NCBI RefSeq assembly: GCF_964194025.1
Contig: NC_134468.1
Coordinates: forward strand, 6,262,001 to 6,326,000
Direction of reading: 5' to 3'
Origin: Convolutriloba macropyga
Lineage: Eukaryota
Length of the DNA stretch: 64,000 nt
Positions 37,272 through 49,994 of the stretch are shown one piece after another (positions within the stretch are counted from its first letter, which is position 1; each line of letters opens with the position of its first letter). The position numbers and the translations under genes were made by a program. A model generated the notes under the pieces. It had not been told where the DNA came from. It was given only the letters and a program-made list of their open reading frames with translations, and ran no database searches.

Positions 37272-37705
37272 AAATTTCGTATACATGAGAGAAATGTGTG
37301 TGTTTTGAAGTTTCACAGTTACTACTTAATGCTTTAGTCTTAGATCAAATCAACTGTAACACTTCTTTTGATTGAAGCAAAATTCAACTTCCCAAATCAA
37401 TTGTTCCTCGTAATCACTTGGAAATAACACAGTTAGATGTAAAATCAGATAACAGAATGCTAGAAAATTGCAAAAAAAAGTCATTGCATTGAGTAGTAGT
37501 AATCTTATTTGCTCCGGGTAATGTTAACAACAGAATTTAACGTTTTCATACTCGCGGACATTTTTCATTTCAAATTGAAAAGTTCAATTGAAAAGGTTCA
37601 ATTGAAAAGGTCAAAGAAAATGCCAATATATCACTCTTACTCTTAGTACACACTTTGCAACCTTTAGTAACAAAAAATTATGAAATTATGCGTCAAGTGG
37701 TTTAG

Positions 37706-37853
37706 GTGGGGAAATAACGCCTTCAATAAAGGATTCGGCTGTGAGGCTGCAAGGAGCCACGATGCCTCAGACAGCCATGGAGCATCGAGTTCTTCAGATG
37801 ATTTGGATTCTGGCATACCTAGGACTCGCAGGACTCTTTTTATATCAGTTCAG
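37706..37853 (+). CDS. DEG/ENaC gene B exon 2: pre-TM1 and TM1
   Basis: In a frame not shown in the ORF track: GEITPSIKDSAVRLQGATMPQTAMEHRVLQMIWILAYLGLAGLFLYQF. Phases 1/2 fit both neighbours; TAG acceptor, GTTAGT donor. Confidence 0.88.
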
Positions 37854-38069
37854 GTTAGTTAGTTCTGACTATCAAACAACAGAGCAAAACGAGAAGAGTA
37901 GCAATACTTAATTTTAACGTTAAAATGTAACAATATAATTCTGTAACATTGGTGCCAAAATCGACCCTCAATCAATAATAGATAGGTTCTATATATATTT
38001 TTTACATAAGTTGAACAGAGGCGAATGCTACTGTGGAAAGTACAATTTTGGCCAGTATTATGCTGAGGA

Positions 38070-38375
38070 AATTGAATGTCTTCAAGTTCAAAGAACTATT
38101 TCTTCCCTTTCTAGGATTTTGATGTAGTTAATACTAATTTGTTACATTAAATATCGAAAAATTGATTGCTGCTATCGTTTTACTCTCTTACAGTTTGATA
38201 TAGGTAGTCGAATGAACTTAAGTAAAGTTCATTCGACTACCTATATCAAACTATAAGAGAGTAAAACAAGAGCAGCAATCAATTTTTCGAAATTTAATGT
38301 AACAAATTAGTATAAACTACATCAAAATCCTAGAAAGGGTAGAAATAGTTCCTTGAATTTGAAGAAATTTAATTT
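38070..38375. repeat. Long imperfect palindrome (~150-bp arms, 5-nt loop)
   Basis: ...GATATAGGTAGTCGAATGAACTT-aagta-AAGTTCATTCGACTACCTATATC..., with complementarity extending ~150 bp each side. Confidence 0.92.
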
Positions 38376-38548
38376 AAAATATAAGAAAATAAACAAAACC
38401 ACCATTTCAAAAAAGCATTATTCGAAAATTCTATTCTTTTACACTTCTATGGAAAAACAGATGGCTTTGGGGGCTTCCTAAATTGATCTTGACACGCACT
38501 TCAAATGAAACAATTAAAAATTAAAATCCTCATTGTTTTCCGTTTCAG

Positions 38549-38813
38549 CATTTTGGTGAAAAACTATCTGAAATACAACGTTGATATCAGTATCGAAATT
38601 CAAACGGCACAATCACTGAAATTCCCAGCTGTGACAGTTTGTAACGAGAACCCTCTTAGAAGATCTCTGATTGAAAGAATCAACAAATTCAACGACTTAG
38701 TGCTGCTCGATGACTATGTATTGAGTTATGTGTACTCGGTGGCAGAAAACTCAGACAGCAGTTTGGACTTTCCCGACTGTGCTGATGGTTATGATACTTG
38801 TAACAACACTAAG
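38549..38813 (+). CDS. DEG/ENaC gene B exon 3: post-TM1 FPAVTVCN motif and start of LDLa
   Basis: ILVKNYLKYNVDISIEIQTAQSLKFPAVTVCNENPLRRS...DCADGYDTCNNTK; GTATGT donor. Confidence 0.92.
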
Positions 38814-41528
38814 GTATGTTCTCTTGAATATCTGATCTATTCTGTTTTGCCCCCTTCTCTACTACAATATTACTTGGCCTACAGTTTAGATAGCCGGTTT
38901 GAGTTAATTGCAGATCAGTAATCGCGGCCATGCCTTTCATGCCCGGGGGGATGTAATCCGGAAATCGCGTGTCGGTTATCGCGGCTAAGCGCGCCCACAG
39001 ACCCGCCAGTCGGAAATTCTTTTCGCTTTGGATTCCAATTCGGCTAATTGTCATAGCATGACGTATTTTGTTCATTTGAGTTTCATATGGTATGCGCATA
39101 CGTGGAAAGTTAATAGTAGTCTTGGATCGGTTAATAAATTGCTTGCTTGAATTCTAATCAAGAATAGCCCCCCCCCCCCTGCAAAGGGGGATAATAGTTG
39201 AAAAGATCCTTATTTTCTGTAAGTTCAAACGTTCAACCGTTTGATTACCAATCAGTTGCCACTGGGTTATTGTTTTGATCATTTCTCAGGTCACTAGACT
39301 ATGTGTCCATTGGGGTCAGTAAATGAGGCCGAAAAATTAAAAAAAATCACATCCTGATAATTATGCTTTTTTCTGAAAATAGACAATTTGGTAAGAAGAG
39401 CGCTTATCTTGTTGGCTATACATACCCTGACGCGCATTGATACCCACCCCCAATTATACATGTTGTAGCCGGCACTTATTATGCACAATCTGCATTTACA
39501 AAATAATGATGCATCGAACTTTTAAAGTTAAGACATATACGGTAATTTAAATTTGCTTCTAATGTAAGCAAACAAAGAAAAATGCACGTTTTTACTATTT
39601 CTGCGATTATCTTTCATAGTTTTATGGCACAAATTTTTAAGACAACCGGAAACAATTCCGTCCAATCGTCTACAGGTGCCGGCAATATATCATGACTAAA
39701 ATAATGGATCTCTAAGTACCAAAACGTACATTTTGAGGGCCGCAAGCAGACTGGTTAAATCGTTAGAAACGATCCTTGCTATCTTAGAAATGGGAAACTT
39801 GATAGTGATCGGTTAGTATCTCATTTAATCGCAATCTGGGGGATCATCATGCGTATTGTAATTCTTCAGACACAGATACAAACTCTGAACACCGCTTCAA
39901 CAAATGTCTCGGCAATTTTTTTTATATAGAACTGCTAAGGCTTGGAAACGACAAATATATACAAGACTTTTGTGCACCATCAAAAAAGAAATTTTTGGTA
40001 CTTATTGACTCTATTTTTATAACCATAGTCCGTAGAGAATGAACGGAATTCGCTATCAATCAAATGTAAAAAAGATTCAAATCCTATTGTAGAAAAAATT
40101 AAAATAAGTATTACTCAATTGGCACCAACTTTATATGCCAAGAAATAAGAAATATTATATATGCACTAAGTCAAAACTACCCATTATCTTACATATTAAA
40201 TTCTAAGCCAGTCAATCATAAAAAAAAGATAACTCCTATGCATAACCAACTCTCCATGCGGTCTACTTGAAGTCAAGGTAGCAGCAAGAACAATTGACCT
40301 CCTCAACGAGCACCAGAAGTAAAAAAAGTCTCGTAAAAATCAGAATAACGTATCTACTACTTCTACGATCAGATAGAGTCTTTGTTAAAATGTATATGTA
40401 AATTGCGCATAAACAGAAAAAGCGTGTATGAAATGCAAACAAAAGCGATTCAAAAGCAATTTATTTTAAATTAATCTAGTACTTAGCAGCTTTGACTAAA
40501 TTCAAAGAAAAAAAAATAAAAACAATGTTGATTTGCGTATAAATCTTTCTAACTACCCTAGAAGCAAAAATTGTCGATTATTCTGATGAACAAGGAAAAA
40601 ATAAAAAATCACAATAAATACTTATATTACATGTTAAAAATTATAAAAACACCCAAAAAGTAAAATCAACGTCACAGCCTACTCTAATAAGACGCGTTCT
40701 GCGAAAAAAGTGACAAAACCCAGACATTTGATGAATTGAGCTCAAAAAACAAGTGACGGCTGGTTCTTTGCTGCGTGCTTCGCTGTTGATGGGCTCGCTT
40801 ATAACTTGTACTAATTTTGCTCTCAATATTACTATTAGCAGTGAACTGCCGCGTATTTCCTTCAGTCAATTAAAATTCCGAAAGATCAATTTCAATCAAG
40901 CAAAACGTAAAGATTCAGGCGCCAAAGAGTTGAAGTGGTCAGAGGAAAAACACCAGCCGAACTGGAAAAATTGAGATACCAGCCAGTCTTGAGAGCAACT
41001 AATTGCAAGATCAATTAAAAAATAAGCGTTTGCTTTCTATTATCGTAGCTGAGAAAGACAGAACATCAAAGAGAAATTGCAAAAAGACAAACCTATATCA
41101 ATTAAAGCTGCCGGATATTTTTTTCCTCCTAGGAAAAACAAACTTCAATCGGTCACTGCAACCTCTATGTTTGACAAAGTACTCTTGAAATCTAAGAATT
41201 AAATATATATCGTCTGAAAACAATCACATTTTGAAGAACCAACAAGTGAAAGTATCTTAAATGTGACGAGCACCATTTTTCAAATCAACGAGAGGGGAAA
41301 ACCACTTGGACAGCCAAAAAAACGTTAATTAAAAAACTGTCTGCAATTATTAGAGAAATCTGAACTAACCCATGAAAATGATTAGGGGAACTATTTAACT
41401 TTTGCTTAAAATGGTTGCTACGAACTCTGTCATAATAATCAGATGCCCCGCGGCTTGAACACTTTCTGAATTCCAAAAATTAACTAACTTTTGTAGCATG
41501 TATTGGCTAAACCTATCAAATTTTTTAG

Positions 41529-41655
41529 GTTTGTATTCCTGAAGAATGGATCTGTAATGACATTGACAACTGTGGTGATAACAGTGATGAAGAGTTACCC
41601 TACAATTGCGCTGAAATACAGGAGGAAAGGGAAGCTAACAGAACCGAAGAACAAG
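41529..41655 (+). CDS. DEG/ENaC gene B exon 4: LDL-receptor class A repeat
   Basis: VCIPEEWICNDIDNCGDNSDEELPYNC completes a 6-Cys LDLa repeat with the acidic DxSDE Ca2+ motif. Canonical AG/GT; phases fit. Confidence 0.9.
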
Positions 41656-42050
41656 GTTAATATTATTTCCGTACGTCTGCAATCAAAAGTAACCGACCAA
41701 TAACGCAAAATTTTGATCAGGAAAGAGACTGTGCATTTAGCCTGCTTTGACAGTTGAGAGGCCGCTAGTTGACTAATTGTACTTTCAAACCATAACCATT
41801 CATTTTTAATGTTAATTGATTTACATTGAGAAAAAGACAACAAAATTTGTGTTCAATTTTGATTTGAGGAGTAGCAAGGTAAGTCAGTAAATTGATAACT
41901 TTTAAATTTTCAGTTATTTGATAATACTCAATTTTATTATTTGCAAAAACAATTATGTTAAAAAACACCTCACTGGTAATTGCGACTAGAGCCATAGACA
42001 AATCTAGGGGAGAAACAAAAAGATCCGAAATATTCTGTTGTATTTTGCAG

Positions 42051-42199
42051 GAATTTGCAACTGGCCCTACATCCAGTGCCCAGAGGAGGAGTACTGTGCT
42101 GAGAAGTGTGACGGGGATTCAGAGTGTACAGTAGACAAAGGATACGATGAGAGTCTAGAAATCGGATGCCCCGAGAGCTCATGCTCCACAACACTAGTG
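42051..42199 (+). CDS. DEG/ENaC gene B exon 5: second, divergent LDLa-like repeat and CUB start
   Basis: ICNWPYIQCPEEEYCAEKCDGDSECTVDKGYDESLEIGC (6 Cys, CDG and DE motifs), then SCSTTLV. Donor is either GC (42200) or a weak GT (42197). Confidence 0.82.
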
Positions 42200-43459
42200 G
42201 CACGTTTAGTGCATTATCTCTCTTGCTTGGTATCAAAACCAAATTGAACAGAAGAACAATATTAATAAGATTTCTTCACCTAATGAAGAAATAGTTCGTA
42301 GTAATGGTCAATAATAAAAAGAAAATTTGTGAATGATTCCTTCCGTGCGCATAATTTCCCCACCGCATAAAGAGTTATCATCTCACGCTGCTCTGTAAGC
42401 TATTGCAGAAACGTTTGCCTTCATACAAAAATCGTCATCAAAGCATCATACAAATGCCACAATTCAAAGCAAAAAGACGGAAAGGGGAAAACATGAGTTT
42501 TCAGATCAATGTTACAAAATGAAGAACCTTCCGGAGTAATTGCAACTCACTCCGAGAAAGATGAAAACATGCACGAAAATATTTTCAACTCACAGTACAT
42601 ATGCTTAGTCGTTAAAATAACTTTAATTGGTCCATATTCAAGAAAAATGACGAAAGTACTTATTTTTTTAAAATATATAATGGATTAATACAAATCTTTG
42701 TTATCAAACTTTGATTCGGAATCAAAAGTTTTTGCTCATTAAAAGTTCAAATAAGGAAGTGTTTGTTTTGTTGAAGAATTCTTCATTCTTCTCAATCGCT
42801 CTCTATAACATCAGTCTTGTTCTTCTTAAATTTCAGAATTCTTCTCTTTTCAATCTTCATTGAACTCTTGAAAATCCAGATAGAAGTACTTATGGAGAAA
42901 ATTCAGATAGAAGTTGGCCAATTTCCTAAAAGAGCAAGAAATTAAGATCCACGTGAAATCAGTACAACTTGATTATAACTAAATATTTTGTTCAAGTTTT
43001 TGCGAAATTTAAAAGATTTATGATCAAGGTAAACAGATTTCACTAACTGCTTTCAAGGAAAACAGGCAAACTTCTGTCTGGATTTTGTCCGTAAGTACTT
43101 TTGTCATTTTTTAAGAACGTAGACAAATTAAAATTATATTGATTTTCATTCGACTCACGTAAAACTCAAGGAAAACGTAAATCGGAATGTTACTGAAAAA
43201 CTTCTTCTAAAACGGGTACTTTACTAGGTAATTTTTTCATTTGATCGCTTAATTTTGCTAACAAAACTAGTTGGCTAAATTCTTTCAAATTGCACAAAAA
43301 GTACGTTCTTAAGAATATTTAATCCCAAAAAACTCTGATTTGATATGAAAATACACTTGAGTCAAGCCAAGTCATAATTGAGCAAAAGATTCGCAAACTT
43401 ACGAAAAGATCAGCCTGGTAACGAAAGGCAATAAAAACAGTTGATTTGATTTCTTTCAG

Positions 43460-43598
43460 GCAACGACAACTGAACAAGATGTGACCTCTCAAAATTGGCC
43501 AAACCACTATGCATCTAACACAGACTGTGTCTGGATCATAGACGCAACCGGCAACGGTGATCAAGTCAGCTTGACATTCAAAGAACTCAGCACTGAAG
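43460..43598 (+). CDS. DEG/ENaC gene B exon 6: N-terminal half of CUB domain
   Basis: ATTTEQDVTSQNWPNHYASNTDCVWIIDATGNGDQVSLTFKELSTE matches the CUB pattern (SPNYP..Y..N..C.W.I...V.L.F..F.LE). The 3' end is inferred from a GA donor. Confidence 0.85.
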
Positions 43599-43954
43599 GA
43601 ATGCAGCAATTGGCATACATTTAAAAACAAAACTTAAATTAAGGAGGCCACAATTGATAATTTTGTTTAAGCGAAGAATAGAAATTGCTGTCTCACAAAT
43701 TACTACAGTCCTGATCACAATGTTGATCAATGTATAAACAAAAAACAAATAGAACAGCTATTCTTCATTTTTAAGAACTCAAGGGGCAAAAATGGTTAAT
43801 GCGTTCTTAACTAATCATAATTTTTATGGGTTGAAAAGAGGTGGTATTATCAATTGCAAATCAAGGCACAAAAATTAAAAATTACAAACCAAGGCACAAA
43901 GGAACAATCTAATTCGACATTGTTCCTTAATTACTTTTTCAATTGCTTGCCAAG

Positions 43955-44160
43955 GCGAGCCTGGTGACTGCAATGATTACGTTGAACTTTACGATGGAGA
44001 ATTTGTCAACGCAACGGTTATCAAAATTGACGGACGCAAACGAATATGTGGATTTTCGAACCCATCAACTACAAATTACATTTCTACTGGTAGTGTTATG
44101 CTCATTCGGTTCGTATCGGATGAATTGAACAACTTTGAGGGATTCCAATTGGGATATCAG
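43955..44160 (+). CDS. DEG/ENaC gene B exon 7: C-terminal half of CUB domain
   Basis: GEPGDCNDYVELYDG...RICG...STGSVMLIRFVSDELNNFEGFQLGYQ, collinear with gene A exon 10869-11074. Inferred GC donor. Confidence 0.87.
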
Positions 44161-45126
44161 GCTAGGATCGGTTTCCTTTCATTAAATGTTTCACCCAATA
44201 TTCCAATACTCACTCCATTTTAAACCCAATATTCAAAATCTTAACAATATTCTCCGTTCTTGACCTATAAAAAAATGTCTCATAGCACAGCAAAGTATTC
44301 AAAAAATGAATATTTGTTAAGACACGGGAGCGTGAAGGCTGCTACTAACGAGTACCCTCCAAAATGGGGGCACAAATGGTAAGAACCTAACAATCTTCTA
44401 GCAAAATCCACTCGCCCTTTAATTATTTACGTCTTTTTAGCTCTTGAACAACTAATACTTTTAGCCCATAGGAATAAAATACGACGGGAGACTTAGCATT
44501 TCTTTCGCACGCACGTGACATTGTCTCAATAAAGAGTTAAAGTACAGTCTGATTGTAGCTGAAATCATGCAGGCTCACATGTACTGAAAAAATCAGTCGC
44601 GTTAAATTTTGAAACTAAACATTGACATATTTGGAAAGCGTTAAACTCTGCTCAAACAAATTCCTTCACGGCATATACATGCCACTGATCAACAGTCTGG
44701 CTCATTATGCAATGATGATCATCAACGAAACAGAACCCAAAAAATAAAAGAACGATATCTGAAAACAATGCAAACGCCAAACTATTGACAAACTATTGAC
44801 TCGAGAAATAATTGTCGGTCAAATATTTGAACTGATGAAATTGCATATAATCAGTACTGCTCTGAACAAAAACTGTTATCGTATCTGCTTTAACATTCAA
44901 CTCATACAGCTTAAGAAATCAAGATAAACTCTACTTTCCAATAACTTGCATTAAATTGCCGCTAAAAAATTAGAGAGCAGTGAAATTTAATATGGAGCAC
45001 ATTTGATTTCATATACGTCAGCAGCAATTGATGTCCATGTCGTATTCTAATTCGAAAAACGCCGTTCGCGGGCTGCTGGTATAATTCGATTTGCTGCAAA
45101 AAGTAAAAGCAGCAAACCGAAGAAAA

Positions 45127-45254
45127 TGGGGACAAAACGTTGATGAGTTTTCGATTCCCGGGAACTTAGTACGATGGACTCTGATAGATTAGTCTATCAG
45201 AGTCCATCGTACTAAGTTCCCGGGAATCGAAAACTCATCAACGTTTTGTCCCCA
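45127..45254. repeat. Perfect palindrome (62-bp arms, TTAG loop)
   Basis: TGGGGACAAAACG...CTGATAGA-ttag-TCTATCAG...CGTTTTGTCCCCA. Confidence 0.95.
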
Positions 45255-45475
45255 GTTTAGGTCGATAACAATTCTGCCGTTAAAGAAGTATCCATTGAAA
45301 CATAAAAAGTTAATTCAAGCTGCGCCAGCGGGCGCTTAGACGGGTAAACTATGTCAATTTTTCTTTCGCCTCATTAATGACGAATTTAACCGCCTTTTGT
45401 AAATGCATTTTTTAAAATTAGTTGTGCTAAATTGCTTTATGACTTTACGGTACAAAGCAAAGTGACACCAGCTTT

Positions 45476-48400
45476 AGAGAGAGAGAGAGAGAGTCAATTT
45501 ATCCTCGCCCAGTTAATACGACGAAAATTATATAAACACATTTTAAACATCAATCAACCATTATTTGAGACAACGGAATTAATCATCAAACGAAATTATC
45601 AACAATTTAACATCTTTAACATCAATTGCCTGAAAAATAGGCCAGGGAAGGACAAGCAACGAGGAGGTCGTTAGACCTGCTTTCCGGCGCGCCCTACATT
45701 TTTCAAACTGATAAAATTATTAGACAAAAACTCAAAAGACAGCAAAAATGTGAAAACATACTTTTGCCATCAAAAAATTCTTAGGAAAAAAACTTATCAC
45801 AATAAAGCATAGAATCCAACATTAGCATCCTCCTGCTGCCACGAACACTTAGCACTGTACTTATTCTATTGCCCCATTTGACCGTAAAAGTTCATGTTGC
45901 TACTTGTTCTATAGTGTCAGTTTCGGAAAGAATAAATGTCAAAAACTATATTTAGACATGAAAAATTTGAACTTTTGAGTGCAAAAAAGAGCCCGCGGTG
46001 CCTTCCAGGAAGGCACCGGCCAAATTTTGGCGTAGAATTCAGCAAAATATTAAGTGATTTAGTATGAGCTTTGGTTCACCTGTAATCCTTGCAAAAGATT
46101 TTTCGAACAAGCTCATCGTTCGCAAGTATGAAAGAATCTCTTAATAGATGGTAAAAACCGGAAACTTGCCACATGCTTGCCTTAATCTCCCCTTCTGGGA
46201 GAAGACTTTGCATTTTCAGCAGATTAAACAGAAGAGAAGAAGAGAGGTACGGTGACAAATGGAGTTTCTCTCCATTTTGATTTCGAGTTTGGGATTTTAA
46301 GTAACCTTAAGAGATGCACGTCTAGTGGACACACCTGATCTTTCCAATTGAAACATATCGTTCAAATACTTTTCTGTATGAAGCCCGTTTAATGATTCAA
46401 TCTATTGAATCATTAAATGCATTTTAAGTATTTCAATTAAAGTATTTTTTCTGTAGCTGATACACAACTAAAGAACAAAAGGTGCAGCATCCGTAAACCA
46501 GTACGCCGTACTGCATAACTGGATTCATTACGCTTTTATAGTTTTCAAGTAACTGGTACGCGTGGAACAAAGTGCCTTAGCTTCGAGATTACACCGCATT
46601 GCCCGCTCAGTCTTGTAAAAACTAATTTTATGTGCGAACGGTAGGAAAACTTTGAATCAACTGTTATACCAAGATATTTCCATTCATTTTTCATAACAAC
46701 ATAATGATATTCAATTTTAAACTGATGACTGGAAGCACTTGTTTTATTATTCAATTGAAAGGTTTTTGAGATGTTAAGCTTTACTTTATTTGCATTTAGC
46801 CACTTCGTTATCTTTAGAAGGTCGGCTTGAATTTCTTCACTCGAACAGTTCAATCCACATATATTAGTGTCGTCGGCAAAGAGATAAATATCATTTTGAG
46901 AGCAAACATTTGGCAGATCATTAATGTAAATCAAAAATAAGAGTGGCCCAAGGATGGATCCCTGAGGAACGCCACAGTTTACATTTAACCAATTTGATGA
47001 CACACCCATTTTTGTATTTTTTTGTGATCTTTCAGATAAATCGCTTTTAAACCATTTTAAGGCAGTATGACGAATACCATGTAGTTGCATTTTGTAGAGT
47101 AAAATTTGGTGATCAAATGTGTCAAAAGCCTTCTTCAGTTCAAGAAGAAAGTTTACGGTTTCTACTTTAATTCTCCTTATTTTTTCAGTTAATTCTGCCA
47201 ATGCATCAATTGTTGAATGGGTTTTCCGGAATCCCAATTGCTTAGAATATAGTAGATTAAAATTCTCCGTGTACTCACATATTCTGGCGAACATTGCTCC
47301 CTCATATTTTGCTCCAAACCATTAGAAGATATTGGTCTATAACTATTTTCACCCAACCGAGAACCATCTTTGAATAGAGGAATTACCTTAGCTTTTCTGA
47401 GTTCTTTTGAGAAGCAACCTTCATTGAAGGATTGATTTATTAGTGAAGCTAGATAGCAAGTGATCACAGATCCTGCAGTTTTCACAATTATGTTATTAAT
47501 TTCATCTTCACGCGATGATGTTTTCTCCGGAAGAGATTCTATGATTCCTTTTATTTCATATTCGGATACCGAACTCAATCTAAATGACATTTCAATGTCT
47601 CTAGGATAAATTATTGGTTCAGCGGGAATACTTTGCTGTATGTTTTTGCCAACATTAAAAAAAACTCATTCAATTTTTCCGCAACTTCAAAAGCGGATGG
47701 ATTGGAATCAGAACTCAAAAAACAGAATTTCAATTTAGGAATCATAGTATTGATAAGAGTCTTTCCATTGAGCTCATTTAGAAGATTGAATGTTTGTCTT
47801 GAGTCTCCGATACAATTTTTGAACTGCTTCTTATAATACGCTTTTTGCTTGCTTCATGCTCTTTTCGAGTCGTAACCGAATGTCTTTAAATTTCTTTAGC
47901 AAAGTCAAATTTGATTTATATTTTTCCATTTCTTGTGCGTCAAATTACGTTGAGTACGTAGATTTACGAGATTGTTATCATACCATTTTGGTAGAAAACT
48001 TTTTCTAGGATGAATTTGCTTTAAAGGTGCATATCGATCAGTAATCGAAACAAAAACCTTATGAAACTCGTCGAAAGCCCTGCTTCTACAGCAGTAAGTT
48101 GTTTTGAGCGGATTAGTTAATTCGTGATTCAAAACGATATTGTATTCCTCAACCTTATCGCGGTGATGGAGAAAAGAAGTATCTCTTATAAACTTACTAT
48201 TGGTTTCAGTTTTTCCTTGAATATTCCATTTGAACAACACAAGATAGTGATCAGAAAAACTTTGATGCTCAAGAATAATGCAATCAGAGAGCAAGTTTTG
48301 ATAAATTAAATGGTCAATGCACGACACTGAACGATCGGTGACTCGAGTTGGTTCGTTCGGTAGAAGCCGGAAACAATTGGAGTTGATTGTATTTACTTAA

Positions 48401-49800
48401 TTTTATGTGAGTAAATTATCCTTTAAGGTATCAATATTGAAATCCCCACAAATAACTGGAGAAAAATTCGAAATGAAATTGCTCAGCATTTCATCCAAAA
48501 GTTCTACAAACTCCAAATTGTTTGCCCTTGGTTTATTGTAAATTACTACTAAACGAAAAAGATAACCTGTCTCACTTTTAACAGCCAATGACTTCTAGCA
48601 TGTTTTCGTAGGCAGTTTGGAACGCGCATTAATCATTAATTTGTATCATTACACATCCTCCTTTTGAATCACGATTCTTCGATATTATACTTTTATAGCC
48701 CTTTACAGGAAAAGAATGTGGATTATCATTTTCCATCAGCCACGCTTCGGTTAAACAAAGGATGTCTGGCGAAGACTCAAGACTACTTACAAGTGCTTCC
48801 AGATGTTCGAAGTGTTTTTTTAGTGAGCGAATATTTAGGCTTAGAACATAAAGCAAAGAACAACAAGCTATTGCTTTAGGTGAATTCAGTACACGGTGAG
48901 GAGGGGGAAAATATTACTCCGAGAATGATTGAAGCATTTACTGAATTCATGGAAGTCATAATTCAGATTCAGCTCATACAGCTCGATTATCTTGTACACT
49001 CTCTCATTTTCTCTCCAAACATAGAAAATTGTGCCTTCTCGCGTCCAAACGGACTCAATTCTTTGATCCTTTTTGATCTTAGAGAAGAATTCGGCACGTG
49101 CTGGTGATATGTCTTCAAAAACCCTGACGTTCGATGACAAGTTTTCTTGTTCCGCAACATTTCTGTCTTCATGACTCTTCGTGCAAAACGCACAATAATA
49201 GGACGCTCTCCTGTTTTGCCACCAGGAAGTCTATGAGCAGTGGAAATATCTCTCGTAGAGAGTGACACCCATACATGACGCAACATCGATGACCTTCTCT
49301 ATCGTTTCAGAATCTTTCTCTCCCACAAGAATCCCTTCATCGTTCTGTCTGGCACTTTCTTTTACACCAAGTAGTCTGATATTATCCCTTCTATTATAAT
49401 TCTCCACAGTTTCAGCTGGAGCCATTGCTACAAGCCTGCATAGTTCTTCTTGGTGAAAAAGATAGTCTTCAATTTTCTGCATGATTTCTGCCTTTAGGTC
49501 TTCTTTGATTGCCTCGATGGCCTCTTGAAAAGCGTTTGGCAGCTTGAATTTCATTTTTTATTATAGGGATAAGATCGTTTCGCATATGCCCAATGCACGT
49601 TGGGATGCTAATACTGATGCGATCTTGTCTATTTTTGACAGGAAAACATCTAAGCTATCTGTACTAGGGCTGGAATCAGGTTTAGCCCTCTTTGCATCAT
49701 GCTTTGAATTGATAGGTATTTGGCCAAGAAACCGCAAGTTGGGTAGCTCAGTGTCTTCGCTTTCATTTGACATCTCTGAAACTATTTAATAAGTTTATCA
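45476..49800 (-). mobile_element. Decayed full-length LINE (ORF1 + APE-RT; CR1/L2-like) in a gene B intron
   Basis: ORF1 (NYNRRDNIRLLGV; ISTAHRLPG...PIIVRF), APE (SLNIRSL, LCLTEAWL, ICGDFNID, SCIDH) and RT (KKAFDT, GVPQGSILGPLLFLIYINDL, FADDT). The (TC)n tail reads as (GA)n at 45476-45493. Frameshifted; 5' end approximate. Confidence 0.93.
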
Positions 49801-49994
49801 CAACAATTGGGCTAAAATTAGAGGGCTCTTGGCTTGCCCTTTTTTGAGTATATCGTTGACTTAATTTTAAGATATATTAAATCATCATAACCATTAAACT
49901 ATAAGAATTTTGGTATCTAAGTAGGTACTGAAATCAACTTTGTGGAAAATGCACAAATGATTTCAAGTAACTTGATGAGGAAACCGTTCATTAG

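Noticed and set aside
37680-37862. 60-aa ORF from the track
   Set aside because: Wrong frame; another frame encodes TM1 and fits the flanking splice phases.
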